DNA of 64,000 bases from Nostoc sp. (GCA_036918135.1 JBALDB010000056.1:288001-352000), one strand, 5' to 3'; shown: positions 1-11,105, counted from the stretch's first letter. Translations and numbers: made by a program. Notes: generated by a model not told the origin, from the sequence alone.

Positions 1-7
1 AGTCGGC

Positions 8-355
8 TTGGGGTTAATCGGGCTAGAAATCTGGTGGTTTCTCCTAAGTAAGCCAAAGTCTCAAAGAGCTGAAGCTGACAACGGTATTCAAGAAGTTGGC
101 ATTACTGTAGATGGAGGCTACGAACCTAGTCGAATTCTAGTCAATGCAAATCAAACAGTCCGTCTTAATTTCCTACGTCGCGATCCTAGTAGTTGCCTTG
201 AAGAAATACGGCTACCGGATTTCCACATTGCCAAAGATTTACCTCTCAATCAGGTTACATCAATTGAGTTCACACCAAACAAACCGGGTACTTATAGCTT
301 CACCTGCGGTATGAATATGTTCCGAGGCGTTATAGAAGTAAAGTCTGCCACATAA
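8..355 (+). CDS. Cupredoxin-domain protein of a heavy-metal (Cu) locus, possibly 5'-truncated by the window edge
   Basis: Motifs VDGGYEPS, SSCLE and FTCGMNMFRG typical of cupredoxin_1 proteins; lies next to a MerR regulator. Confidence 0.8.
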   Translation: MGLIGLEIWWFLLSKPKSQRAEADNGIQEVGITVDGGYEPSRILVNANQTVRLNFLRRDPSSCLEEIRLPDFHIAKDLPLNQVTSIEFTPNKPGTYSFTCGMNMFRGVIEVKSAT

Positions 356-374
356 TCTAGTAGCAAATAATTAC

Positions 375-545
375 AGAACTTATGCACTGACTACGATTTT
401 ACGTCATTACGAGCGTACCCCTAACGGGGAAGCAAGCTACGCGGAGCGTCTCGAAGAGAAGCGAAGTAATCGCCAAAAACTCTGGGATTGCCTCCCTACA
501 CTACGTTGCGGTCGCAATGACATTGGGAGTGCTTGCGTAAGTCCT
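375..545. repeat. MITE-like inverted-repeat element with a nested small dispersed repeat
   Basis: Ends agaacttatgca / tgcgtaagtcct are imperfect inverted repeats; internal gtcattacgagc...gtcgcaatgac hairpin; the gaagcaagctac motif recurs near 4357-4370 and inverted near 4430-4440. Confidence 0.5.
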
Positions 546-572
546 AAATTAGCAAAGCAATCCTGTTCTCAC

Positions 573-604
573 TTGACTCTCCAGTTCACTAGAGAGTTTA
601 AGAT
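573..604 (+). promoter_or_regulatory. MerR-type promoter with dyad operator
   Basis: -35 TTGACT (573-578), long 20-bp spacer containing the dyad ACTCTCCAG-ttca-CTAGAGAGT, -10 TAAGAT (599-604), directly upstream of a MerR gene. Confidence 0.75.
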
Positions 605-642
605 AAAGTAAATAAATTTATTTAACATGAGGGCAGCTACGT

Positions 643-1056
643 ATGTTAGTCCAAGAACAGCCAAAACTTATTGGTCATGTTGCTAAGTCTAGCGGTGTAC
701 CAATTAAAACTATTCGCTACTATGAGGAGCTAGGCTTACTCAAGTCATTAGGGAGAACCGAGGGTGGATTTAGATTATTCAACTCTGATGTTTTGGCTCG
801 CTTGAACTTTATCAAACGTGCCCAAAGTCTAGGATTGACCTTATCAGAAATTAAGAATTTTTTGGATGTTCACGACGGAGGTGAATTACCTTGCGTACAT
901 ATAAAAGCTAAACTGCAAGATAAAATTGCAGCTATTGACGAACAAATTCAGCAATTACTCATTCTCAGGCAAGAATTATCAGGACTAGTTTCTGGTTGGG
1001 AAACAATACCTGAAAATCCTGAACAAACAATTTGTCCTATTATTGAAAGAAATTAA
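643..1056 (+). CDS. MerR-family heavy-metal-responsive transcriptional regulator
   Basis: IGHVAKSSGVPIKTIRYYEELGLL HTH; central Cys (LPCV) and C-terminal ICPII. Confidence 0.9.
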   Translation: MLVQEQPKLIGHVAKSSGVPIKTIRYYEELGLLKSLGRTEGGFRLFNSDVLARLNFIKRAQSLGLTLSEIKNFLDVHDGGELPCVHIKAKLQDKIAAIDEQIQQLLILRQELSGLVSGWETIPENPEQTICPIIERN

Positions 1057-1280
1057 ACAATCAAGCTGTTCATTTGATTTGTTATCAGCATCTCAACTTA
1101 GCTTAATGCATTGGTATGCTGATTTTTCTATTTATCACTTATCACTTCGTCGCAATACAGTCGTCACCCCACCCCACATTTGCTTACGCAAACACTCTCC
1201 TCCCCGGTTGCGGGGAGGGGTCGAAATTGCCAAGAAAAAATATTTTACTTTCTCATTTAGAACTACTATAGAGCGGATTA

Positions 1281-1775
1281 CTATATCATTTCAAACTCTA
1301 ATTGATGACTCTTGAGAAAATCATGAGTGAAATGATCTACCACATTCGTATCAGTTAGTTCTAAATTATAAAAATCCACAGTTTCATGTTCAAAGTATGG
1401 CCCTGCGTGCCAAGTTCCCTGATGTAATTTAATAAAACAATTTCCAGGAATACGGAAAGCAGCAATTTCCTCTAACGCTGGTTGATTAACATCATTATTC
1501 GGCGGACAAACTGCAATTAACCAATCTTTTCCTTGCAAAGAACCCAAGCATTGAGTACATTGGACGTGGCGAGTAATTTTATGAAACTTTCGCCCTCTTT
1601 TATCTAACTGCATAATATAAAATCGCGGAATTCCATTTTGCAAGTTTAACTTGGCATCTTCGGCATCATCAGCTTTGCTTTCTTGACTAGCAAAAATTAC
1701 CTGTCCATAAGGCCGAAAATTTTCTGCTGTCACCCATTGCGCCTGCAATTGTTGTAGTGTTCGCGATGTATTCAT
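1281..1775 (-). CDS. Ureidoglycolate lyase/hydrolase-family protein
   Basis: ENFRPYGQVI, TRHVQCTQCL and LHQGTWHAGP motifs. Confidence 0.75.
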   Translation of the reverse strand: MNTSRTLQQLQAQWVTAENFRPYGQVIFASQESKADDAEDAKLNLQNGIPRFYIMQLDKRGRKFHKITRHVQCTQCLGSLQGKDWLIAVCPPNNDVNQPALEEIAAFRIPGNCFIKLHQGTWHAGPYFEHETVDFYNLELTDTNVVDHFTHDFLKSHQLEFEMI

Positions 1776-1869
1776 AGCAAATTTTATTGAAATTATTTAG
1801 GCTTATTCTATGAATTCAGAATTCAGAAGTGTCTTTAGCTAGGCTCCTGAATTCCTACCTAAAACAACC

Positions 1870-2889
1870 TTAGCTAGCTAGATAACTACGTACTTGTTCC
1901 TTTTGACGCCTCAGAAGGCTTAGAGCTTTTTGCTCTATTTGACGCACCCGTTCTCGACTAATACCCATGCGATCGCCAATTTGTGCTAAGGAAAGTTCAT
2001 GTCCATCTGTCAGACCAAAACGCAAGGTTAATATTTCTCGTTGCTGGGGAGACAGCTTTGACAATAAGTTTTGTAAATCTTGGTGCAGCGATTCTTCAGC
2101 AGCGTAGTCTTCGGGAGAAAGTCCGTCATCTTGCAATATGTCTTGCAATTCTGTATCCTGTTGTTCGCCAACTCGCGCTTCTAGGGAGAAAGGTTGACGA
2201 GCTAAATACAAACACTCGCGAATCTGGCTGGTTGTTAAAGACAACGCTTCGGCAATTTCAGCAGTAGTGGGAACGCGACCCAACTGTTGAGATAATTCTC
2301 GCTGTACCCGTTTAATTTTATTCAGCTTTTCAAAAATGTGAATTGGTAACCTGATTGTACGTCCTTGCTGAGCGATCGCTCTTGTGATTCCCTGACGAAT
2401 CCACCAGTAAGCATAGGTAGAAAACTTATAACCAAGAGCAGGATCGAATTTATCTACCCCTCGTTCTAAACCCAAAGTACCCTCTTGAATTAAATCCATA
2501 AATTCCAAGTTGCGATGCTGGTATTTTTTCGCCACTGCTACCACTAACCGAAGATTAGCTTGAATCATTTTCTGCTTGGCTTGCTGTCCTTGCCTTAGCT
2601 GTTGCTTTAGCACCTCAACACTTAAATCCATCTGCTCTGCCCATTCTTGCAGCGTGGGTTCGTGCTTTAGTTTCACAGCTAATTCTTCTTTGACAGCTAA
2701 TAAATTCATCATCTGCTGCACTTGTTGGGCAAAAATAACCTCTTGCTCGCGAGTCAACAAATCTACACGCCCGATCTCTTGCAGATAAATACGCACAATA
2801 TCATCTGTAGTTCGAGCTTTTTTATCTGCAACGCCACTTTTTTTGTTCGTGTTTTGAACTTCGGTTTGTGGAGATGTTAAGCTGCTCAT
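1870..2889 (-). CDS. Group 2 sigma-70 factor (SigB-like)
   Basis: YLQEIGRV, ANLRLVVAVAKKY, DLIQEG, STYAYWWIRQ and region 4 SRERVRQIE; short N-terminus. Confidence 0.9.
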   Translation of the reverse strand: MSSLTSPQTEVQNTNKKSGVADKKARTTDDIVRIYLQEIGRVDLLTREQEVIFAQQVQQMMNLLAVKEELAVKLKHEPTLQEWAEQMDLSVEVLKQQLRQGQQAKQKMIQANLRLVVAVAKKYQHRNLEFMDLIQEGTLGLERGVDKFDPALGYKFSTYAYWWIRQGITRAIAQQGRTIRLPIHIFEKLNKIKRVQRELSQQLGRVPTTAEIAEALSLTTSQIRECLYLARQPFSLEARVGEQQDTELQDILQDDGLSPEDYAAEESLHQDLQNLLSKLSPQQREILTLRFGLTDGHELSLAQIGDRMGISRERVRQIEQKALSLLRRQKEQVRSYLAS

Positions 2890-3626
2890 GGTTATTCACT
2901 CCTATGTAACCTTATGAATTTATTAGTATCAAGCCAAGATGTTGAGACTCATAATGCACGTAGATATCTGCGTTAGAGCTGGTATTATGAATGTAATTAC
3001 TGCTGGTGACATTTTCTGCACTAAAAGTAGTAACAGTGGTCACATTAACACCAAGGATAATAGTTGGCAAGACAGCAACACCTACGATCGCTACTAAATA
3101 GCCTAATTTAAGCCAAAAAATTTTCGCTTGCAGGCGCTTAGTAGAGTACTGTCGAGTAGAACTAATACATTTGACAAAACACTCACTACACATATAAAAA
3201 TCTTATTTGGGGATTAACAAATAAAAATATCCAGTTGCTTACACATAACAGTTAATAGCCATCACTGATATTGTTTGCTTTCTCATTTATGGTTGCTATT
3301 TATATGTATAATAAGGCACAGTCATTAATCTAAATTTCAGATAAAACACTAGAGAAAATCTCGTTTTTCGATTGTAGCAACGAAATACTTTTCATTGTAC
3401 TGCTATCTCTTAGACCAGAGTTGTAGCCTCCAATCTGAAGGAATAAGACCAATAATAAATAGTTCTTGAAATTTACCCTGATAACTCATAACTATGTTTC
3501 AAGTAGGAATTTTAACCCCACCTGAAACGATGCTGTCATTATTAAGCACTGAGTAGAAACCTTCTTAAATTAGGAATATGAATCAAAAATTATGAACTAC
3601 ATTGATTATTTCAGAAACTTCCTGGC

Positions 3627-4022
3627 TCAAAACTGAGTAACTGTTAGTTTAATGCCAGAATCAAGTTTAGGAACCCTGAGATATTCAATTGGCTCGTAAC
3701 TTTGACGAGTTTGGGCATTGGCTTGTTTGGGACATGCCTTGAAGAAAGACTCTGGGTTATTGATGATTTCACGCGGTTTTATTTTTGGACATTGTTGGTC
3801 TTGGACTGCTGAAATTGATTGATGAGGAATTGGTTTAATATTGTTAGTCCGTCCAGTAAAATTTCTCCATTTAGTATTAATCGTAGCAGGTTCAGTCAAT
3901 AACACTTTCGCTTGATTGCGATCGCTTGTTGGATTTGGAATATTCTCTTGGTTACCAAAAGCGCTTTGAGGTAGAGCAAGTGCGCTAATTACAATGACTA
4001 AGGGGATGGAAAAGGATTTCAT
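3627..4022 (-). CDS. Hypothetical exported protein
   Basis: 131-aa ORF with signal-peptide-like N-terminus; no recognised domain. Confidence 0.6.
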   Translation of the reverse strand: MKSFSIPLVIVISALALPQSAFGNQENIPNPTSDRNQAKVLLTEPATINTKWRNFTGRTNNIKPIPHQSISAVQDQQCPKIKPREIINNPESFFKACPKQANAQTRQSYEPIEYLRVPKLDSGIKLTVTQF

Positions 4023-4541
4023 GATTAAATTTGTCCTGCTTATCAGTTTAATAACTACAATTGCCTAAATACAGATACCGAAAAAAAGGAGTCTGATTTT
4101 AATACTTCTTAAAGCATATACAAACAATTAAGTATTCGTCATGCACTGCATGGATGAAAATGGGCATGGAACATGAGGCTTGGGGCATAGTCCGTAGGAA
4201 AACAGAGAGGGGCAGGGAGGCAGGGAGCAGGAGGTAGGGGGAAAGAGGATTTCCTGCTTTTTGCACAAATGCGGGAATTATGACTAATTAGGCAAACATG
4301 ATATAAAAACATATTTTGTGATTGCCAGGGTCGGGGAAATGGAGCGTATGACTTTATGGAAGCAAGCTACCCAATACGTCTAGTAGAGAAGTAATCACAA
4401 CATTCTGCTTCTCTACTAGACGCCACCGCGTAGCTTGCTTCTCCGTTCGCGTAGCGTCTCGTAGAGAGGGAGTACGCTCGATTGCCAATGACTATCTATC
4501 ATCTTGGGATATTTGCTTGCATTGGGATGCTCTATTGAGTA

Positions 4542-4666
4542 TTTGAGCTTCATTAATGAGCCTTTGAGCTTCATTAATGAGCCTTTGAGCTTCATTAATG
4601 AGCCTTTGAGCTTCATTAATGAGCCTTTGAGCTTCATTAATGAATATCGGAACCTCATTAATGAGT
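4542..4666. repeat. 21-bp tandem repeat (TTTGAGCTTCATTAATGAGCC), 5 copies plus a degenerate copy
   Basis: Copies start at 4542, 4563, 4584, 4605 and 4626; each holds the palindrome TCATTAATGA. Confidence 0.95.
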
Positions 4667-5231
4667 CTTTTATAGCCGTAGTCACACCCTTTAGGACATA
4701 ATCACAAGCATGAATCTCAGCTAATAGTAAAGTTTTTACCTCCTGCCTTCTGTTTCCTGCCTCCTAGCTACATCAGTGTTGCTGCTAAACACCGTATCTA
4801 CTTCAATAGAATATTGTGCACAATAATTTTTACAACCCAATCAGAACTGAGCCATCTACACAATAGAATCATTATTCGTTGCAGACTTAGGGTTTGGTTA
4901 TGGCTGGCGGTTGGAAACTGCGCCTATATAAGCAAACTTTGCCTGCACGGACTAACAATATCTAATTAAGCCGCATGGTGGGTTTTATTTTTGTAGCTGC
5001 GATTTCTAGTCGTCAGGGTAAAATTTCCTCAATTGCTATCGAGTAGCATTTTGGTTAAGAAGATTGCCAGACAATCTTTATTCACCAAGTTTCGTTAGGA
5101 TATTGTAATCTGGGCAATAGCCACTCTTTTACTGATGTAACGCCTAGCGTAGGTATAGCCCGCACTTCTCTGCCAGACGCTGCGCGAACGACAAGCTCAG
5201 TGACCATCGTAGACATCGCTTTTTCACATCC

Positions 5232-7556
5232 ATGACAACAACCATTGACTTTCTCAGTCACCTTAACCCCAGCCAACGTCAAGCTGTCGAACATTACTGC
5301 GGGCCATTGCTAGTTGTTGCTGGCGCGGGTTCGGGTAAAACACGAGCGCTGACTTATCGGATTGCAAATCTGATCCTCAAACAGCGTGTAGATCCGGAAA
5401 ATATCCTGGCGGTTACTTTTACTAACAAAGCCGCACGGGAAATGAAAGACCGGATTCAACGGCTGTTCGCCGAACAAGAAGCAATGAAACAATACGGTCA
5501 GCGGTTGGATTTGTTGACAGAATACCAACAAATGCAATTGCGATCGCAAGTTTATAAAAATACTATTAAAGATTTGTGGTGCGGTACTTTCCACAGTCTA
5601 TTTTCCCGGATTCTTCGCTTTGATATTGAAAAATATCAAGATGATAAAGGACGCCGCTGGAATCGCAATTTTTCTATCTTCGATGAATCAGATGTTCAAA
5701 GTATCATCAAAGAAATTGTTAACAAGCAATTAAATCTAGACGATAAAAAATTTGATGCTCGCTCTGTCCGTTACGCTATTAGTAACGCGAAAAACCAAGG
5801 CTTATCACCTCAAGAATTTGAACGAGAACAACCCAATTATCGCGGACGGGTAATTGCCGAAGTTTATAATATATATCAAGATAAGTTAGCAGAAAATAAT
5901 GCTCTCGATTTTGACGATTTAATTCTCGTACCTACGAGATTATTTCAACAAAACGAACAAGTTTTAGGTTACTGGCACCGCAAGTTTCGCCATATCCTTG
6001 TAGATGAATATCAAGATACTAACCGCACTCAATATCAACTGATTCATTTATTGGTAACTAATGGCGAAACCAAAAAGAGCGAGTGGGAATGGCAAAATCG
6101 CTCAGTTTTTGTTGTCGGCGATGCAGACCAATCTATTTACAGTTTCCGGATGGCAGATTTCACAATCTTGCTAGAATTTCAGAATGATTTTGGTGATGGT
6201 TTGGCAGATGACGATACCCGGACAATGGTCAAGTTAGAAGAAAACTATCGCTCTTGTGAAAATATTTTGCAAGCGGCTAATGAATTAATTGAAAATAACA
6301 CCCAAAGAATTGATAAAATTCTCAAGCCGACGCGGGGGCCGGGCGAGCAGATTTTTTGTTATAAAGCTGACGAAGAACTAGCAGAAGCTTCATTTGTAAT
6401 TAATCAAATTCGCACTTTAGAACAGCAAAATCCAGAGTTGAACTGGGGTAGTTTTGCTGTACTTTATCGCACAAATGCTCAATCTCGTCCTTTTGAAGAA
6501 TTGTTAGTCAGGAATCGAATTCCTTACACAGTTGTGGGAGGAATGAAATTTTATGACCGCAAAGAAATCAAAGATGTGATTGCTTATTTAAGAGCGATCG
6601 CCAACCCAGCTGATACAGTAAGTTTATTGCGAGTTATTAATACTCCCCGGCGGGGAATTGGCAAAAGCACGATTGATGCTTTGGTGAACGCCTCCCAACA
6701 ATTAGGAACGACTTTGTGGGAAATACTCAGCGACGAAACATCAGTTAATACACTAGCTGGACGGGCAACAAAAGCTGTAAATAACTTTGCCCAAATGATT
6801 AGCCGTTGGCAAGGACAAATTGGCACGCTTCCGGTGACTGAGGTTTTGCAAGGAATATTAGAAGATTCTGGTTACGTTCAAGACTTGATGAATCAAGGCA
6901 CAGATGAAGCTACAGATAGAGTACAAAACGTCCAGGAACTTTACAACGCCGCACTGCAATTTCAAGAAGAAAATGAAGATGTTTCCCTGACAGCATTTCT
7001 GCAAAGTGCCGCCCTCAGTTCGGATTTGGATAACTTAAAAGAAGGACAAACAGCGGTTTCTTTGATGACTTTACACGCCTCCAAAGGACTAGAATTTCCT
7101 GTAGTATTTTTAGTGGGATTAGAACAGGGACTATTTCCCGGCTATCGTTCGCTAAGCGATCCTGCGTCTTTAGAAGAAGAACGCCGCTTGTGTTACGTAG
7201 GAATTACTCGCGCCCAAGAAAGATTGTATCTATCACACGCCCGCGAACGTCGCTTGTATGGTTCTCGCGAACCCGCTATCCGATCGCAATTTCTCGACGA
7301 ATTACCAGAAGAATTATTAGCTAGCCAACGAGTGAGTCATCAAACTTATACCAAAAGTGCCTATAATTCAGGTGGGAAGCCAGATACAACCCACAATTGG
7401 CAAGTAGGCGATCGGGTATTACATAAAACTTTTGGCCCTGGTGAAATCACACACGTTTTCGGAACGGGTAGTAAAATGTCTGTGGCTATTAAATTTCCCA
7501 GTTTGGGGCCAAAAATTGTTGACCCAAGGATAGCACAATTACAAAGAGTAGAATAA
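5232..7556 (+). CDS. pcrA: ATP-dependent DNA helicase PcrA/UvrD
   Basis: AGAGSGKT, VDEYQDTN, TLHASKGLEF, EEERRLCYVGITRA. Confidence 0.95.
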   Translation: MTTTIDFLSHLNPSQRQAVEHYCGPLLVVAGAGSGKTRALTYRIANLILKQRVDPENILAVTFTNKAAREMKDRIQRLFAEQEAMKQYGQRLDLLTEYQQMQLRSQVYKNTIKDLWCGTFHSLFSRILRFDIEKYQDDKGRRWNRNFSIFDESDVQSIIKEIVNKQLNLDDKKFDARSVRYAISNAKNQGLSPQEFEREQPNYRGRVIAEVYNIYQDKLAENNALDFDDLILVPTRLFQQNEQVLGYWHRKFRHILVDEYQDTNRTQYQLIHLLVTNGETKKSEWEWQNRSVFVVGDADQSIYSFRMADFTILLEFQNDFGDGLADDDTRTMVKLEENYRSCENILQAANELIENNTQRIDKILKPTRGPGEQIFCYKADEELAEASFVINQIRTLEQQNPELNWGSFAVLYRTNAQSRPFEELLVRNRIPYTVVGGMKFYDRKEIKDVIAYLRAIANPADTVSLLRVINTPRRGIGKSTIDALVNASQQLGTTLWEILSDETSVNTLAGRATKAVNNFAQMISRWQGQIGTLPVTEVLQGILEDSGYVQDLMNQGTDEATDRVQNVQELYNAALQFQEENEDVSLTAFLQSAALSSDLDNLKEGQTAVSLMTLHASKGLEFPVVFLVGLEQGLFPGYRSLSDPASLEEERRLCYVGITRAQERLYLSHARERRLYGSREPAIRSQFLDELPEELLASQRVSHQTYTKSAYNSGGKPDTTHNWQVGDRVLHKTFGPGEITHVFGTGSKMSVAIKFPSLGPKIVDPRIAQLQRVE

Positions 7557-7610
7557 AATTCACAGCTTTGCGACTTATTAAACAAGTTGCAGAGCTTGTT
7601 TTATACTTTT

Positions 7611-7904
7611 TTATATTTCAACTTTTTGGAAATGTTCAACTGTGGGAAATGGCTCATAAAAATGATGCAGAAGTTTCTTCCACTCTTGATATTCAGGAGA
7701 ACCTCGAAATCCCACAGTATGAGATTCTAAACTTTCCCATTTCACAAGTAATAAATATTTTCCTTGTACTTCTATGCATCTGTGTAATTCATGGGATAAA
7801 TATCCATTGATTGAGGAAATAAATTTAGAAGCCTTTTTGAAATCAGCTTCAAAATCGGATTCTAAACCGGGTTTGACCTGAAGCATCACAACCTCAAGAA
7901 TCAT
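7611..7904 (-). CDS. Antibiotic biosynthesis monooxygenase-family protein
   Basis: MILEVVMLQVKPG...YLLLVKWESLESH...LLHHFYEPFP; start moved to the internal Met. Confidence 0.8.
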   Translation of the reverse strand: MILEVVMLQVKPGLESDFEADFKKASKFISSINGYLSHELHRCIEVQGKYLLLVKWESLESHTVGFRGSPEYQEWKKLLHHFYEPFPTVEHFQKVEI

Positions 7905-7990
7905 ATACTCTTTGGCGAGAATTAAATTGATGTTATTTACTATAATTTGAATGTAATGTCTACAACTGGCTACGCCTATATTCTCATCAA

Positions 7991-8641
7991 TCAAAAATAA
8001 TTATTGAATAAATAGCTAATTGCCGCACAAAACGGAGTATATTGCCCATTTTTATCAGGTTTTTCATAACCTTGAGCAAGTAGCTGTATTTCTGCTTCAG
8101 TTAAACCATCAATAGCAAGCAATGCAGCATCAATTGCTAGTTTACGCATATTTTGCAGCTTGCCGATATTGAGTGCAAGCTTCTCAATCGTTGTTTGAGC
8201 AGCAGCTTTTTTAGCTAGCTCATCTGTTGGTTGAATTTCGCCAGAAGCAGGGTATTGAAAAAAATCAGCACAGGTTATTTTTAAGGGTGAAACCATCAAA
8301 TTTTCATCGTACCAATACTTTTTCTTATGTCCACAATGCACGGGAACAGGAGGAGGTTCTTCACTTTCTCCTTGGCACGAGGCGATGAGATTTTTATATT
8401 CTAGAGATAGACTTGGATATGCACTACGAGGCTTTAGATGTTCTATATGGCTAGTATCTCTAGTGATACGCATTCCACAATAGCAACAGATATATCCTTG
8501 TTCTTTAACTAAAGCATCATGTACAATAGGTTTTTCTGGTGCTTGAAAATTATCATCCCAGCTAGGTTTCCAATCATCATTTTCTAGAGCTTTCCAAGCA
8601 GTAAACTTTTCTGGTTCTTGATTTTTTTTGATGTACTTCAT
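7991..8641 (-). CDS. HNH endonuclease, PtuB/retron-effector-like
   Basis: EQGYICCYCG, HIEHLKPRS, NLIASC and HCGHKK; overlaps the upstream ATPase stop. Confidence 0.85.
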   Translation of the reverse strand: MKYIKKNQEPEKFTAWKALENDDWKPSWDDNFQAPEKPIVHDALVKEQGYICCYCGMRITRDTSHIEHLKPRSAYPSLSLEYKNLIASCQGESEEPPPVPVHCGHKKKYWYDENLMVSPLKITCADFFQYPASGEIQPTDELAKKAAAQTTIEKLALNIGKLQNMRKLAIDAALLAIDGLTEAEIQLLAQGYEKPDKNGQYTPFCAAISYLFNNYF

Positions 8642-10044
8642 CGGTTGAGAATTTCCTTGCGCCGAATGAGTACATCCGCTTTGACAAACTCCGGTTCATC
8701 TGCTCCAATTTCATTGGCTAACTGTTGACGTAATTGCCTAGCACCTTCCAGATTTCCCGCATCAATTAGTCGAAAAAGCTCTAAAAGACTTTCCTTAATT
8801 TCCCGTGGACGTTCTGGAACACCCATAAGGTCTTCTAATATGCGATTGCTATCTCTTCCAAAGGAACTTTCTGGTTTTTTAGCAATCACACCTTCGTCAG
8901 TTTTTTCTAAAATATAAATTCCTTCTGGTTTGACTTGGCTAATTACTTGAGGCGAATGGGTAGTGACAATAAATTGGCAATTTGGGAATGTTCTGGTCAA
9001 AGCTGGAATAATTTCACGTTGCCATTTTGGGTGTAAGTGTAGTTCAATTTCATCAATTAAAACAACACCCTCACCTTCGAGCGGTTCTGTTAAACCTGGG
9101 TTGGCGATCGCCAATCGTCTTGCTAAATCACCTACCATTGCTAGTAAGCATTTCTCCCCATCAGATAGCTGATTTATTATCAGTTCCTCACCTTGTTTTC
9201 GCACAGTCATTCGCAGGGGAGAACGCTGAACTCGCAAGTTTGAAAATTCTGGTATTAATGAAGAGATAGATTGTCTTACTGCTTCTAATTGTTTGTCTCG
9301 ATAATCAGGGTTATCTCTTCGCCTCTCATTCTCTAAATCTTCTCTATTTCTAAACCATTCAAAAAATGTTTTGAAGTCTATTCTTCCTCCTGTGAGTGCC
9401 TGCTCATAAGCATCTACTTGTTTAAAAGAAGATACCTCTGAAATTTCTAGAGGCATATCAATAACAGCACGATTAACAGGGTAATAAACTGCTAAAGGAA
9501 CATTAGTATCAGGAATAGCTGCTAACTGATTGTTTAAGTTTTCAATAGCTGTTTTCAGATCTCCTTTTAATTCACTACGTATTATAGTTGCTAACTCTGT
9601 ACGCCTATTCTCATTTCGTATTAGAAGAGTCTCAAAATCTTTAGAATTTTTGAACTTATTTTTGAGATTTATTATTTCTTTTTCTAACTCAAAATTATCT
9701 TTAATAGTATCTTGGAGATAAATATATTTACCATCATTAGTTTTTGCCCCTTTATCTTCAGCCATTAACCAAGTTAATTCTTGTAGTTCTATAAGTACAG
9801 TAATTTCATTATGTGTTCTATCACGTCCATTTGTAACATCTTGTGTAATAAAGAAACGTAAAGATTCGAGGGAGTCTTGAATCTGTCCAGTAAGCTGTGT
9901 TAGAAGAATAGCAAGACAGTCAAGAATACTCGATTTTCCCACACCATTGATACCAATAATTATAGTTGGTTCAGCCTCATGGAAATCAAGTGTCAAATCA
10001 CCGATTCCACGGAAAGATTGCATTTTCAAGCGCTTGACTTTCAT
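8638..10044 (-). CDS. ABC/AAA ATPase, PtuA (Septu)-like
   Basis: Walker A GINGVGKS, signature QLSDGEK, Walker B LIDEIELHLHPKWQ, TTHSPQV. Confidence 0.85.
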   Translation of the reverse strand: MKVKRLKMQSFRGIGDLTLDFHEAEPTIIIGINGVGKSSILDCLAILLTQLTGQIQDSLESLRFFITQDVTNGRDRTHNEITVLIELQELTWLMAEDKGAKTNDGKYIYLQDTIKDNFELEKEIINLKNKFKNSKDFETLLIRNENRRTELATIIRSELKGDLKTAIENLNNQLAAIPDTNVPLAVYYPVNRAVIDMPLEISEVSSFKQVDAYEQALTGGRIDFKTFFEWFRNREDLENERRRDNPDYRDKQLEAVRQSISSLIPEFSNLRVQRSPLRMTVRKQGEELIINQLSDGEKCLLAMVGDLARRLAIANPGLTEPLEGEGVVLIDEIELHLHPKWQREIIPALTRTFPNCQFIVTTHSPQVISQVKPEGIYILEKTDEGVIAKKPESSFGRDSNRILEDLMGVPERPREIKESLLELFRLIDAGNLEGARQLRQQLANEIGADEPEFVKADVLIRRKEILNR

Positions 10045-10049
10045 AATAA

Positions 10050-10970
10050 TTACGCTGATTTTAATTGAATAATACCTTTATCAAAAACGCGATAATCGGT
10101 AGCGATCGCATTTACTTCAATTCTGTCTGGATATACTTCATACGCCGCAAAACTTAAATCACTAGTGGAGTACTCTGTCCACTGAGAACGCCCTACAAGA
10201 CGATTACCTGCACCTGCACCACAAATTAAGTAAGTTGTACCATCAATAGCACGAGTGCGTTCATAATTATGTTCGTGACCATTGATATAAAGTTGAACGC
10301 CATATTTTTGAAACAGCGGGGTAAATGTTTTAATAAAATCTGGATTACTCCCATACTGACCAGATGAATAAATTGGATGATGCCCATATACCACTTTCCA
10401 GGCAGCGTTACTGCGACTTAATTCTTTTTCTAACCAAGTTAGCTGGTTTTGCCAATCAGCATTACTATTAGTATCTAAAGCAAAAAATTGTACAGTTCCA
10501 CGGCGAAATGTATAATATCGTCTGCCATTCATATTGAAACCGACATACTTCAGTTGTGGTTCGCCATTTTCAGTACGAATATCGTGATTACCTAAACAAG
10601 CTTGAAATTTTACACCTTGCTTGAGCAAAGCTTGGTAGGGGCGTTCAAAAACTGCACTAATTTTTTCAATTTCGCCATTGTTATAAATGTTATCTCCAGC
10701 TAAAACAACTAAATCATAAGGATTTTGTTTGTGATAAAAATTCATTGCCCCAGCCACAGCATACTGTCCTTTAGCGCCGGTTCCTGTATCTGCAACAGAT
10801 ACAAAACGTAATAACAAGTCTTTTTTCGATGGGTTGGCGGCTATAACTGTTGTTGAATCGCTAACATCAGCACTTTGAGAATTTTGATGATTTAACATCC
10901 AGCCCAAAAATCCCGTACCGATAGCGCCCAGGCTACTTAAAAATAAAAATTGACGGCGTTTCAAGTTCAT
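10050..10970 (-). CDS. Tat-exported metallophosphoesterase
   Basis: KRRQFL Tat motif; ADTG, GDNIY, GNHD and NGHEH motifs. Confidence 0.9.
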   Translation of the reverse strand: MNLKRRQFLFLSSLGAIGTGFLGWMLNHQNSQSADVSDSTTVIAANPSKKDLLLRFVSVADTGTGAKGQYAVAGAMNFYHKQNPYDLVVLAGDNIYNNGEIEKISAVFERPYQALLKQGVKFQACLGNHDIRTENGEPQLKYVGFNMNGRRYYTFRRGTVQFFALDTNSNADWQNQLTWLEKELSRSNAAWKVVYGHHPIYSSGQYGSNPDFIKTFTPLFQKYGVQLYINGHEHNYERTRAIDGTTYLICGAGAGNRLVGRSQWTEYSTSDLSFAAYEVYPDRIEVNAIATDYRVFDKGIIQLKSA

Positions 10971-11105
10971 AACTCACCAAATTTAATAAATAGTTAGTTT
11001 CCACAGAACTAATGTGCAATGAAGTGATACATTAAGGCAAAAGAGGCAGCACCAGTAATAATGTACGTTGTTTGTCTTTGATTCGCTGCTTTTGGTGAAA
11101 GTTCC

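Noticed and set aside
4416..4701. ORFs with LMKLKGS / SFINEPL repeats
   Set aside because: They are open only because of the 21-bp tandem repeat; no other coding evidence.
7611..10970. Retron system around the PtuAB-like genes
   Set aside because: No reverse transcriptase and no room for msr-msd; the neighbours are a phosphoesterase and an ABM protein.
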